A stretch of 64,000 nucleotides of DNA from positions 320,001 to 384,000 of the forward strand of contig CAWEWF010000004.1 of the NCBI GenBank assembly GCA_963812605.1. Reading direction: 5' to 3'. A model generated the notes under the pieces. It worked only from the letters and a program-made list of their open reading frames with translations, did no database searches and was not told where the DNA came from. Every line of letters begins with the position of its first letter. The first letter of the stretch is position 1. Positions 40,233 to 49,374 of the stretch are shown in pieces. A program made the translations under genes and the position numbers. This DNA comes from an uncultured Verrucomicrobiae bacterium. GTDB taxonomy: Bacteria; Verrucomicrobiota; Verrucomicrobiia; Palsa-1439.

Positions 40233-41480
40233 ATGCCTTCCCCGCTGTATATCGCGCTGCGTTTCATCGGTCATCGCAAGAAGGCGATCATTCTCAGCCT
40301 CGGCGGGATTATTCTCGGTGTGGCGTTTTTCATTTGCACCCAGGCGCAGACCCAGGGTTTCGAACGATTTTACATTCAAACGGTCCTGGGCACGACTGGC
40401 TCGATCATGGTGCAGGACCGGTTTCAGGACCGGTTTTCGGGCATTTTGCAGCCACAGGGCAACGCCGTTGTCAGCATCCAGAACGAAAAGCCGCGCAAAT
40501 ACTACGAGGGGATCACGGACTCGGACGAGGTCATGCGCGTGATTCGCACTTTCTCCAACGTCCTCGCCTGCGCGCCCGTCCTGGAAGGCAATGCGACGGT
40601 GGACACCGATTTTACCAGCGACGTTTTTCGGCCGCAAGGCATCGACCTGGACTCGCAACTGCAAGCCACCGATCTGCGCCGTTATATGACCGCCGGCGAT
40701 CTCGGCGATTTTCGCCAGAAATCCTCGGGACTGCTCCTCGGCGTGGCGCTCGCGCAGAAGCTGCGCGTCCAGGTGGGCAACACGGTCACGATCATGGGAC
40801 CGAGCGGCGAGCGGCGCAGTTTTGAAGTTTGCGGGATCTTCCGCACTGGCGACAATTTGATCGACGAGAAGCGCGGGTTCATCCATCTGCGCGTCGCGCA
40901 AAGTTTATTGAACAAGCCGTCTGAGGTTTCGTTTATTCTCGTCAAGCTGCGCGATCCCGACCGCGCGCCGCAACTGGCCGCGCACCTCGAGTCCCTGCTC
41001 CAGCATCGCTCGCGCAGTTGGCAGGAACGCGAGCATGGGAACCTGCAAATCTTCAAGGCCATCCGCTACTCCGCCGCTATCACGGTCTCGACGATCATCG
41101 TGCTCGCCGGCTTCGGCATTTTCAACATCCTCACGCTGATGGTCCTGGAGAAAGTGCGCGAGATCGCAATCCTTCGCTCCATGGGCTACCGCCGGGGCGA
41201 CATCAGCGCGATTTTTCTCTGGCAGGGCTTGCTGGTCGCCGTCATCGGCTCCCTGGCGGGCTGCGTGCTCGGGGCGGTGCTGACGTGGGGCGTGTCGCGG
41301 ATTCCGATCAAGATGCGCGGCTTCTTCGCGACGGAACATTTCCTCGTTTATTGGAGTTGGTACCACTATGCGGCGGCCATTGGCATCGCGTTCGTCGGCG
41401 TATTCCTGGCGAGCTACTTCCCGGCGCGGCGCGCGGCCAGGCTGGCCCCGGTAACCATTCTTCGGGGTTCCGGACAATGA
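40233..41480 (+). CDS. ABC transporter permease, LolC/E-MacB/FtsX family
   Basis: IALRFI, GIFNILTLMVLEKVREIAILRSMGY, ASYFPARRAARLAPV. Confidence 0.9.
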   Translation: MPSPLYIALRFIGHRKKAIILSLGGIILGVAFFICTQAQTQGFERFYIQTVLGTTGSIMVQDRFQDRFSGILQPQGNAVVSIQNEKPRKYYEGITDSDEVMRVIRTFSNVLACAPVLEGNATVDTDFTSDVFRPQGIDLDSQLQATDLRRYMTAGDLGDFRQKSSGLLLGVALAQKLRVQVGNTVTIMGPSGERRSFEVCGIFRTGDNLIDEKRGFIHLRVAQSLLNKPSEVSFILVKLRDPDRAPQLAAHLESLLQHRSRSWQEREHGNLQIFKAIRYSAAITVSTIIVLAGFGIFNILTLMVLEKVREIAILRSMGYRRGDISAIFLWQGLLVAVIGSLAGCVLGAVLTWGVSRIPIKMRGFFATEHFLVYWSWYHYAAAIGIAFVGVFLASYFPARRAARLAPVTILRGSGQ

Positions 41481-42217
41481 CGAACAGCGCCACATCCGCG
41501 GTCAAAGCCGACGCCAGAAGCACGCCGGTCGCGGCGTTGTCCTGCCATGGATTACAGCGCTATCTCGGCGAATTCGAATCGCGCGTGCATGTGCTGCGCG
41601 GAATCACACTGGACGTCCAAATCGGCTCGGTTCACTCGATTGTCGGCCCGTCCGGTTGCGGCAAGAGCACGCTGCTGTACGTATTGGGATTGCTCGACCT
41701 CCCCGACGAGGGGCGGATCATCATCGGCGGCCAGGACGTGTCGGGATTGTCCGACAATGATTTGTCGCAGAAGCGCAGCGAGTTGATCGGGTTCGTTTTT
41801 CAGTTTCATTTCCTGATGCACGAGTTCACCGCGCTGGAGAACGTGACCATCCCGATGCGGCGGCTGGCCAAATTAAGTCCCCGTGAAATGCGCGACCGGG
41901 CAGCGATGCTGCTCGATGCCGTGGGACTGGGCAGCAAACTGGAGCGGCCCGCCAATCATCTTTCCGGCGGGGAACAACAACGCGTCGCCATCGCTCGTTC
42001 GCTGGCCAACGACCCGAAAATCCTCCTCGCCGACGAGCCCACCGGCAATCTCGACGCCGAAAACTCCGAGCGCATCTTCAACCTGCTGACCGAACTGGTG
42101 AAACGCGAGCAAAAGGCCCTCCTGCTGGCCACCCACAACCCCCAAATCGCCCGAGCCGGCGATTTCATCCACGAAATGAAAGACGGCGTCGTGGTGCGCA
42201 GCGGCCCGCCGGGTTAG
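41477..42217 (+). CDS. ABC transporter ATP-binding protein, LolD-like
   Basis: GPSGCGKST, IGFVFQFHFL, LSGGEQQRVAIAR, LADEPTGNLD; true ATG at 41477. Confidence 0.92.
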   Translation: MTNSATSAVKADARSTPVAALSCHGLQRYLGEFESRVHVLRGITLDVQIGSVHSIVGPSGCGKSTLLYVLGLLDLPDEGRIIIGGQDVSGLSDNDLSQKRSELIGFVFQFHFLMHEFTALENVTIPMRRLAKLSPREMRDRAAMLLDAVGLGSKLERPANHLSGGEQQRVAIARSLANDPKILLADEPTGNLDAENSERIFNLLTELVKREQKALLLATHNPQIARAGDFIHEMKDGVVVRSGPPG

Positions 42218-42238
42218 AGATGCCTACGAGACCTATTA

Positions 42239-42283
42239 GGGATTCTAAATCCTGATTGACAGGATTCTAAATTGGCGTATGTT
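42239..42283 (+). promoter_or_regulatory. Putative vapBC promoter with GGATTCTAAAT direct repeat
   Basis: TTGACA (42256) followed after 16 nt by TATGTT; ggattctaaat occurs twice, flanking the -35 box. Confidence 0.5.
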
Positions 42284-42289
42284 GGAAGC

Positions 42290-42514
42290 ATGAAAACGAC
42301 CATTGATATTCCAGAAGAACTGCTTCGGGAAACCATCAAACGCACCCGCGCCAAGACGAAACGCGACGCGGTCGTTACCGCCCTTGAAAAATTCAACCGC
42401 CTCCAACGCCTTCGCGAATTGAATGCGAAATTGCGGGGAACATTCGTTGACTTCATGACCCAAGACGACCTCAAGATCATGCGCGAAGATGCGAAATGGA
42501 CGAGGACCTCGTGA
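42290..42514 (+). CDS. vapB: VapB-type antitoxin
   Basis: MKTTIDIPEELLRETIKRTRAKTKRDAVVTAL. Confidence 0.85.
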   Translation: MKTTIDIPEELLRETIKRTRAKTKRDAVVTALEKFNRLQRLRELNAKLRGTFVDFMTQDDLKIMREDAKWTRTS

Positions 42515-42888
42515 AACTTGTGGACACATCCGCGTGGGTGGAATACTTGCGCTCCGGGCACGGGGAGGTTGCTGAGAATGTAGAGTCGCTGATCCTGTCC
42601 GACGACGCTGCCTGGTGCGACATGGTGATGCTTGAGCTTTGGAACGGCGCACGCGGACAGGAAGAAAGACGAAAGCTGGCGGAATTGTCAGCCGCCGCTC
42701 CGCGCTTCGAAACCAATTCCGAAGTCTGGAAACTGGCGCATCGGTTGGCCACTCGCTGCCGCGACAAGGGTAAGACCATTCCGGCGACCGACATTTTGAT
42801 TGCCGCCTGCGCCACTCACCACGAGGTCGAGTTGGAGCACAAGGACGACCATTTTGACATAATTCTGCCGCTGGCAAAATCATTATGA
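42511..42888 (+). CDS. vapC: PIN domain toxin VapC
   Basis: LVDTSAWVEYLR, MLEL, TDILIAACA, HKDDHFD. Confidence 0.9.
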   Translation: MKLVDTSAWVEYLRSGHGEVAENVESLILSDDAAWCDMVMLELWNGARGQEERRKLAELSAAAPRFETNSEVWKLAHRLATRCRDKGKTIPATDILIAACATHHEVELEHKDDHFDIILPLAKSL

Positions 42889-43011
42889 ATCCGAACGCCG
42901 CCCTGCTCCGCTGCGGCAATCTGCCGGCGCTCAGATGGACGATTGAACCGAACACTGGCATTTCTGTCGCGAATGCGGAATTGACCCCGACAGCCGGCTG
43001 CCGTCACCGAT

Positions 43012-43359
43012 TCAGTCCTTCTTCCGTGCGGCACAAATACCACACCGAATGCGCGTGCCGATTCTGTCTTCGCTCAGGATTAGACTGACGAGTTTCCGGT
43101 CTGCATCCCAGCACGTGAGGCAATATGGCCGCTCCTTATTTTTGTCGTCGTCCAAGAAGTAACTGTTGCCGTCACGACGCAAGCGTGTTGTGATGTCGCT
43201 GGCTTCCTTCAGCGACTTAACCTGCTCGCGTAGTTCCAAATTCTCCTCGCGTAGTTGGAGAATTTCCTCGCGTAGTCCCACAATACGTTCGTAGAGATCT
43301 TGGTCGTTGTATTTCTTGACCAACTCTGCAATTTCTTTGGCGTGGTCCAGTATGCTCAT
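43012..43359 (-). CDS. Coiled-coil plus zinc-ribbon hypothetical protein
   Basis: Heptad region, then PYCLTCWD...RCGIC; RBS aggag. Confidence 0.7.
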   Translation of the reverse strand: MSILDHAKEIAELVKKYNDQDLYERIVGLREEILQLREENLELREQVKSLKEASDITTRLRRDGNSYFLDDDKNKERPYCLTCWDADRKLVSLILSEDRIGTRIRCGICAARKKD

Positions 43360-43392
43360 GATTTCTCCTAGACGGGCGTGATAAACCTAACG

Positions 43393-44250
43393 TCAGGCTG
43401 AGGAATCACCTTCAGAGATTTGCCTGCCCGACTCGTCCTTGAATTTTCCATTTTCAAACTCGACCAAGCTGGAGATGAAACGGACATCGTCCTCTGAAAG
43501 TTCAAACCACTCGCCATGAACCCTTTTCTTGGTAAACCAGCCGTGGAGTATCTTCTCAGCTTTGTAGCTATCATCTGCGCCGATCTCGTGCATGACTAGA
43601 ACTGTGAATGGAAGCAGGGTATTGACACCTTTGGATCGCGTCTTAGGTTCTCCGCTTACACCGATTTTGTATATGCGTCGTTCTTTGTTTCCTAGCAAAT
43701 ACACAAAGCCATCATACTCCTTATTGGTCGCTCTATTAGGATGCTGCCCGCACCGTTCTTTACATGGCCAACAAGCCTTTTTGCCTTCTATGTCAATGCA
43801 AACAGATTTCCTACCTTCTTTACCCTCGCAACGCTTGCTTGCTTGCAATTCACACACTGCCCATGTGTTAACACGGTGTATGCCAGGGAGAAGCACCTCG
43901 ATAAGTTCCTCAACGTCGCTGTGAAACAACTCCAGCTTAATGGGAGGCTTTCGACCAAAATAAAGTTCGAAGGGGTCCCGTGGAGAGCTAAACTCCAGGT
44001 TGTCTAAACGGTGGTCCCGTAGCCGTAGCTGTATACGGATACGAATGCCATTCCAATCCACCCATTCATACTCCAAGGCGGAGCCTTGGAAATGGTCACC
44101 GAAAGGTATAGCGCCACGTTCCTTGCTGGTGTCGAGTAGTCCTGAGATGAAGCCGAAATGCCAGACTGCATCAAAGAGCCAGTCGATGACCTTCCTCTGG
44201 ACGAGTTCTCTCGCCTGCTGCGAATCGCCAGTGTCATCTGTGTGAGACAT
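43393..44250 (-). CDS. T5orf172/MUG113 (GIY-YIG-like) nuclease domain protein
   Basis: GFVYLL...YKIGVSGEP.TR...AEKILHGWF.KKRVHGEWFELS; Cys cluster upstream; visibly AT-richer DNA. Confidence 0.8.
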   Translation of the reverse strand: MSHTDDTGDSQQARELVQRKVIDWLFDAVWHFGFISGLLDTSKERGAIPFGDHFQGSALEYEWVDWNGIRIRIQLRLRDHRLDNLEFSSPRDPFELYFGRKPPIKLELFHSDVEELIEVLLPGIHRVNTWAVCELQASKRCEGKEGRKSVCIDIEGKKACWPCKERCGQHPNRATNKEYDGFVYLLGNKERRIYKIGVSGEPKTRSKGVNTLLPFTVLVMHEIGADDSYKAEKILHGWFTKKRVHGEWFELSEDDVRFISSLVEFENGKFKDESGRQISEGDSSA

Positions 44251-44265
44251 TGCCGCGATGTGTGG

Positions 44266-44610
44266 TTACCTCTTCCGTTTTGCGCGGTACTTGGCTCGTG
44301 CCTCAGCGATTGTCGTGGACGGTGCTGGCGGCAGTTCACGAATGAACGACCAGGAGACTTCGGCGACTTCGTCGGTGTCGTAGGTGACTTTGAAATGGCT
44401 GCCCAGATCGTTGTCTACCTCTACACTCACCGGGATGGCTTTGGCGGAAATCCGGTTGGCCTTCTTGATGGCGGATTGCGGCTCAAGAAAGCAGAGGCCG
44501 TCCGCAAACTCCACTTCGAAGGCGTCTTCCCAGCCCAAATACCGGGCCCTGCGGACGCGGGCAAAGACCGCCTGGCCGTACGGTTTCTTAAGTTGAACGT
44601 GTGTCTTCAC
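44266..44610 (-). CDS. Hypothetical protein, possible DUF2442-like antitoxin
   Basis: ARYLGWEDAFEVEFADG resembles the DUF2442 N-terminus. Coupled (GTGA overlap) to an upstream gene remnant ending KLITELKNEGRL. Confidence 0.45.
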   Translation of the reverse strand: MKTHVQLKKPYGQAVFARVRRARYLGWEDAFEVEFADGLCFLEPQSAIKKANRISAKAIPVSVEVDNDLGSHFKVTYDTDEVAEVSWSFIRELPPAPSTTIAEARAKYRAKRKR

Positions 44611-44699
44611 AGGCGACCTTCGTTTTTCAATTCCGTGATCAGCTTAATCAGTTTGTCGTCCGGCGTCCAGCAAGCACCGTGTGGCTGTGTTTTAAAATT

Positions 44700-45178
44700 T
44701 GGCCGGCGGGCGTTGGGGTGGGTGAGATGCTCCAAGCGGTTGTGCTCGGCCACGCGCAGCGCCAGGACTTGTTGGCGACGGGTGACCAACTCCGCCAGTT
44801 GACTCTGGGCGGCGCTCAACGCGGCGGTGCCGGCCGGGTGTACGGCGGCGCCGTAAGCCGCCAGCACGGCGGCATCCAGTTGGTCAGTCTTGGCCAGCCG
44901 ACCGGTGGCGCGGGCGAAGTCGCGCACGTGACGCGCGTTGACTACCGAAACCACTACACCGGCGCGTGCAGGGCGGCCACGACGGCGCGTTCATAGCCGC
45001 CTGTGGCTTCGCCGATGACGTGCACGGATCCCAGAGCTTGCAGCCAACGCACCAAGGCGCGGTGGCCCTGAGGGTGGTTGGGAAACTGACGGAACTGCGC
45101 GCGGGATCCGCTGGCGGCGTGCAGATCCAGGGTGAGTTTGGCGACATCCATTCCGACGTAGACGATCGATGGCAACAT
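44700..45178 (-). pseudogene. IS110 DEDD recombinase, frameshifted and truncated
   Basis: YVGMDVAK, IGEATGGYE, VVNARHVRDFARATGRLAKTDQLDAAVLA, LVTRRQQV. The C-terminal Tnp (catalytic Ser) domain is missing. Confidence 0.88.
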
Positions 45179-45185
45179 GGTTAGA

Positions 45186-45385
45186 CTCCTCCTTGCAATG
45201 CGAGCTGGTGGTGGCGCGGATGGGCGCGACCGCCGCTCTGGCAACTGTTCGAGCGTACCGACAGGCAACGCGGATGGATCCAGCTCCAAACGGACAGGTC
45301 TGAACCGAACCGAGGGCCACGACGATCACTTCCGCGCGCCCTTGGGGGGCATGCCCCCCAAGGGCCATCCTGTCGCTCCCACACG
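45186..45385 (-). ncRNA. Putative IS110 bridge RNA
   Basis: 5' hairpin (45339-45364), then LTG CGTGGCCCT (45321-45313), RTG TTTGGAG (45290-45284), LDG ACAGTTGC (45248-45241) and RDG TTGCAAGG (45198-45191), in the same order as IS621. The RNA ends are approximate. Confidence 0.75.
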
Positions 45386-45426
45386 GTGGGAAACCAAGCC
45401 AGAGAGTACCAAAAATTCTAGATACA

Positions 45427-45488
45427 AGGGCCACGCTCCGTCGCGTCGCGTTCATTCAATGCGGCCACGACGGAGCGTGTCCCTCCAA
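45427..45488. repeat. Inverted REP pair; the left arm is interrupted by IS110
   Basis: agggccacgctccgtcgcgtcgc ... gcggccacgacggagcgtgtccctccaa. Confidence 0.7.
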
Positions 45489-45557
45489 GCCGCAGATCAG
45501 GACGTTACCCACCGTATTGTAATAATCCCGAGGCGGGACACCACGAGGAAGACCGGA

Positions 45558-46672
45558 CTACAGCGTCCGGCGAAACAGCAGCGTGGCGGCGGTCATGGCC
45601 AGGACGGTGAAAACCAACAGAAAAAGCAGGTCGCCGCTGACGGCCACAAGCCGGTGTTTTTCAAGACGAAGCTGTTTGAACCCGTGCACGGCGTAGGTGA
45701 ACGGGTCGACGACCGCGATGGCTTTCATCCAGGCCGGAAAGGATTGCGTGGGATAGACCGCGCCGCTGGGGAAATACAACACCGTGTTCAACATCCCGAA
45801 AATGGCGCGCGGCACCAGCGGGTCGCTCACGCGCACCATGATCAGAAACATCATGCTGATCAGCGCCAGCGCCGTCGCCACCACCAGCAACAGCATCTTC
45901 GCCAGTCGCAGCGGGATTCAACGGATCGGGAATTCCCGCGATGAGCGAGCCGAGAGTGATCAAAACCACCCCGGCGATGATGGCCTTGGCCGCGCCGGCG
46001 AGCGTGAAACCCAGAATCAATTCAAATTTGCGGATCGGCGTGACGAGATAGCCCTCGTGCAGGCCGCGCGCCTTGTCGTCGATGAAAATGATGCCGCCGC
46101 CGATCATGGCCGAAACAAAGATCGCCAGCACGATCGTGCCGGGCAGCAGGTACTGGATGTAAGGCACGTACGGATAAATCTCCACGACGGAGAGCGTCGC
46201 CGCCGCGGTCGTGCGCGGCGGAACGGCGGGTCCATTGTAGGGCGCAAGCATGCCATTGAGGCTGCCTTCGAGCGCGGACGCGGAGAATTGTCGGTGTTGT
46301 CTTCGACCAGCGCGATGCGCGGATTCGCTCCGGCGAGGACCTTGCGCGAAAACTCCGGCGGAATGTCAGCACGCCGTTGATTTTGCCGTTGCGCAGATCG
46401 CGCAGCGCGGCCGCCTTGGTCGCTGTAAGCAATCGGTGTCGAAGGTGCGCGCGTTGGCGGCGACGGCCTGGCACATTTCCTTCAGTTTGATCGCCGGCAC
46501 GCCGTGGTCCTGGTCGACGACGCCGACTTTCAGGTGCTTGACGTTGCCGCCGAACGCGTAGCCCGAGCACGACCAGCTGCACCAGCGGCATGACGATGGA
46601 GACGATGACCAGAACCGGGCTGCGCCGGAACCGGCGCAGGTCGCGTTCGATGATGGCCCAGATGCGGTGCAT
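45558..46672 (-). CDS. ABC-2 type transporter permease (several frameshifts)
   Basis: MHRIWAIIERDLRRFRR, YIQYLLPG, GLHEGYLVTPI, FPSGAVYP..SFPAWMKAIAVVDPFTYAVHGF. Confidence 0.8.
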
Positions 46673-46686
46673 ATCGTCTTGTCCTC

Positions 46687-47677
46687 TTATCCTCGCTGCA
46701 TCAGAAACGGGCTGTTGGCAGCCGCCGGGCGCCTGCAACGCGTCGCGCAGTTGATGGCCGGTGTAATGCACGAACACGTCGTCGAGCGTCGTGCTCTGCA
46801 CCGAAAGCGAAGTCACCGTGACGTTCGCGTTGCGCGCCGCTTCCATCAATGCCACCGTCGTGCGCGGGCCGTTGTTCGACGAAATCCGGAAGATGTTGTC
46901 CTCCGCCTTCACTTCGGCCACGTCGGGCAGGTGTTTTCACGTCTCCAGCCAGTGTTGCGGACGTTCGAGAAACTGACCTCCAGAATGTTCTTGCCGGGAA
47001 TCGAGGCCTTCAATTTCAGCGGCGAATCCAGCGCCACCAGTTTTCCGTGATCCACGATCGCGATGCGGTCGCAGAGCTTGTCGGCTTCGTCCATGTAATG
47101 CGTGGTGACGAGGATCGTCAGGTCGCGCTCGCGTTTCAGCCGCGAGAGCATCTCCCAGACCGCGACGCGCGAAACGGGGTCGAGGCCGGTGGTCGGCTCA
47201 TCGAGGAAGAAAAGCTTGGGCTCATGCACCAGGCCGCGCGCGATTTCCAGCCGGCGCCGCATTCCGCCGGAAAACATTTTCACCGGCTTGTCCGCCCATT
47301 GTTCAGGTCCACTGCCTTCAGCAACTGGTCGGATGGTGCGCAGCCGCTTTTCGCGCGGAATGCCGTAGAGCTTGGCGAAGATGCTCATGTTCTCCTCCGC
47401 GCTCAGATCGAGATCGGACGTCATCGCCTGCGGAATGACGCCGATGGACTGGCGCACGTCGTTGGCCTGCGCGGACGATGTCGAAGCCGTTGACGCGCGC
47501 CGTGCCGGAAGTCGGCGGCACCAGCGTCGTCAACATGCGGATGAGCGTGGATTTGCCCGCGCCGTTTGGCCCGAGCAGACCGAACACCTCGCCGTGCTCG
47601 ACGGAGAAGTTCAGCGCGTCCACGGCCGTAAAATCGCCGAAGCGCTTGGTCAAATTTTCAACGTCGATGTCAGCCAT
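46687..47677 (-). CDS. ABC transporter ATP-binding protein, DrrA-like (several frameshifts)
   Basis: [56 protein letters not shown]. Confidence 0.85.
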
Positions 47678-47681
47678 GGCC

Positions 47682-48544
47682 TCACGGGCCTTTCAACGGC
47701 AACGTAACGTAAGCGGTCATGCCGACCGCGAGGCGCGGTCGCGGTTGTCACAGCGCAGGCGGATTTCAAACGTCTTGATGTCGCGCTTGGTGCGGCTCAC
47801 GTCGCGTTGCGTGGCGTAATCCGCGTCCACGCCGCGATAGAACACCGTGCCTTCGCGCACTGCGCCGGAAGGCAGTCTCACCGGCAATTTGTCGCCGAGA
47901 CGAATGCGGTCGATGTACGTCTCCTCGACGTCGGCGCGCACCCAGAGATCGTCCGGGTTGATCAGGGTGACGATCGCCTGGCCGGGATTCACGACTTCGC
48001 CCTGCAGCGCCGCGCGCGTGTCCACGATGCCGTCGATCGGCGCGAGAATCCGGGTGTAACCCAGTTGCACCGTCGCCTTCGTGCTCTGGGCGCCCGCCGC
48101 TTGGGTTTGTTTGTTGACGGATTCGACCCGTGCTTTCGCGGCGTCGTAAGCCGTTCGCGCCTGATCGTAAGCCTGGGCGGACTCGGCGCCCTGGCGGTAT
48201 AAGGCCTCCTCGCGCTGATAGGTCAGGCGGGCATTTTCCAGATCGGCTTTTGCCTGCGTAATCTGCGCGGCGTACTGTTGTTCACTGCTCGCGTAAAACG
48301 CAACGTCAGCCTGCTGTTCCTGGGGTTGGATGACGCCGAGCAATTCGCCATTGGTGACCACGTCGCCTTCTTTGACGAAGAGTTGCTGCAAACGGCCCTG
48401 GATTTCAGGGCCAACAATCACCTCATCCGTCGTCACAATGCCGGTCAAAACGATTGCGACAGGTGGCCGGGTGCTGGCGTAATAAATGACAGCCGCGACA
48501 ACGGCGAGAATCACGATTAAAACAAGGATTTTGGGTTTGTTCAT
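47682..48544 (-). CDS. HlyD family secretion/efflux adaptor (frameshift near C-terminus)
   Basis: [44 protein letters not shown]. Confidence 0.85.
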
Positions 48545-49200
48545 GGTAGGCGAGATTTTGGATCCGTAAATAAACCGTGGCGGACGAAATCGAGCACCTC
48601 TTGTTTGCGCCGCTTCAAATTGCGCGCGCTATAAGCGTCCGGGTGTCCCAGCAATTGCAAGACCCGTGCGGCGGAGAAATAAAACACGATCAGGGACACG
48701 ATCGACACGGAGGTCTGGAAGGCATCCGCGTGGCGAAATTCTCTGTTGCGCATCCCGCGTTCGATCAACTTGCCAAGGGCCTCGCCGCGCGGCGCGAAAT
48801 ATTTATGGATCAGCCGCTCCAGAAAATCGCCGCCGGTCATCATCACCTGCTGGAACAACGGCGCGGATTGATGGCTGGCGCTGATGAAGTCAAAGTGCAG
48901 GCTCACATAACGAAGCAAGACCACTCGCGCTGGTCCCGGCGCATTGAGTGCTTCCAGTGCCTGGCGGTTGAATTCACGGAAATGGTCCTCAACCACCGCT
49001 TCATACAGACCTTCCTTGCTCTTGAAGTAGTAGTAAAGGAGCGCCTTGTTCACCCCGGCCGCGGCGGCAATGGCATCGGTGCGCGCTCCCGCCAGGCCGG
49101 ACTGCGCAAAGATGCGTCCGGCGGCGGCCAGAATCGCGGCGCGTGTCTCCGCGCTACGCCCTTGCCGTCCGGCCGGCTTGCCTGTTTTTGAAAGGCTCAT
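48541..49200 (-). CDS. TetR/AcrR family regulator
   Basis: ILAAAGRIFAQSGLAGARTDAIAAAAGVNKALLYYYFKSKEGLY. Confidence 0.92.
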   Translation of the reverse strand: MSLSKTGKPAGRQGRSAETRAAILAAAGRIFAQSGLAGARTDAIAAAAGVNKALLYYYFKSKEGLYEAVVEDHFREFNRQALEALNAPGPARVVLLRYVSLHFDFISASHQSAPLFQQVMMTGGDFLERLIHKYFAPRGEALGKLIERGMRNREFRHADAFQTSVSIVSLIVFYFSAARVLQLLGHPDAYSARNLKRRKQEVLDFVRHGLFTDPKSRLP

Positions 49201-49201
49201 G

Positions 49202-49225
49202 ATTTAACTAACCAGATAGTTAAAT
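49202..49225. promoter_or_regulatory. TetR operator palindrome
   Basis: ATTTAACTA-accaga-TAGTTAAAT, a perfect 9-bp inverted repeat immediately upstream of the TetR ATG. Confidence 0.75.
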
Positions 49226-49374
49226 TTTATCATTAGTTGAATTTCTGTCAAGCCGTACCCCTTCCCAGGCCGACGAAAGCCGGCTTGACTCAAACGGCCT
49301 GTTAGAGCCTAATCTAGCCGTTGTTCTGGGTTATGCCGGTGTTTGCCCTCTGGGGTTGTTTGAATGGGAATTCA

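Larger units (their letters stand above)
44700..45428 (-). mobile_element. IS110 family (IS621-like) element, 3'-truncated, inserted in a REP
   Basis: The left end reads CT-TGTAT on the minus strand (45428-45422), followed by about 250 nt of non-coding leader and then the DEDD recombinase. The right end is absent. Confidence 0.85.

Noticed and set aside
41018-41476. N-terminal extension of the ABC ATPase ORF
   Set aside because: It overlaps the permease; the ATGA-coupled start at 41477 gives a normal-length ATPase.
40233-42217. Housekeeping lolCDE
   Set aside because: The operon context with an MFP and two TolC proteins indicates a tripartite exporter rather than lipoprotein sorting.
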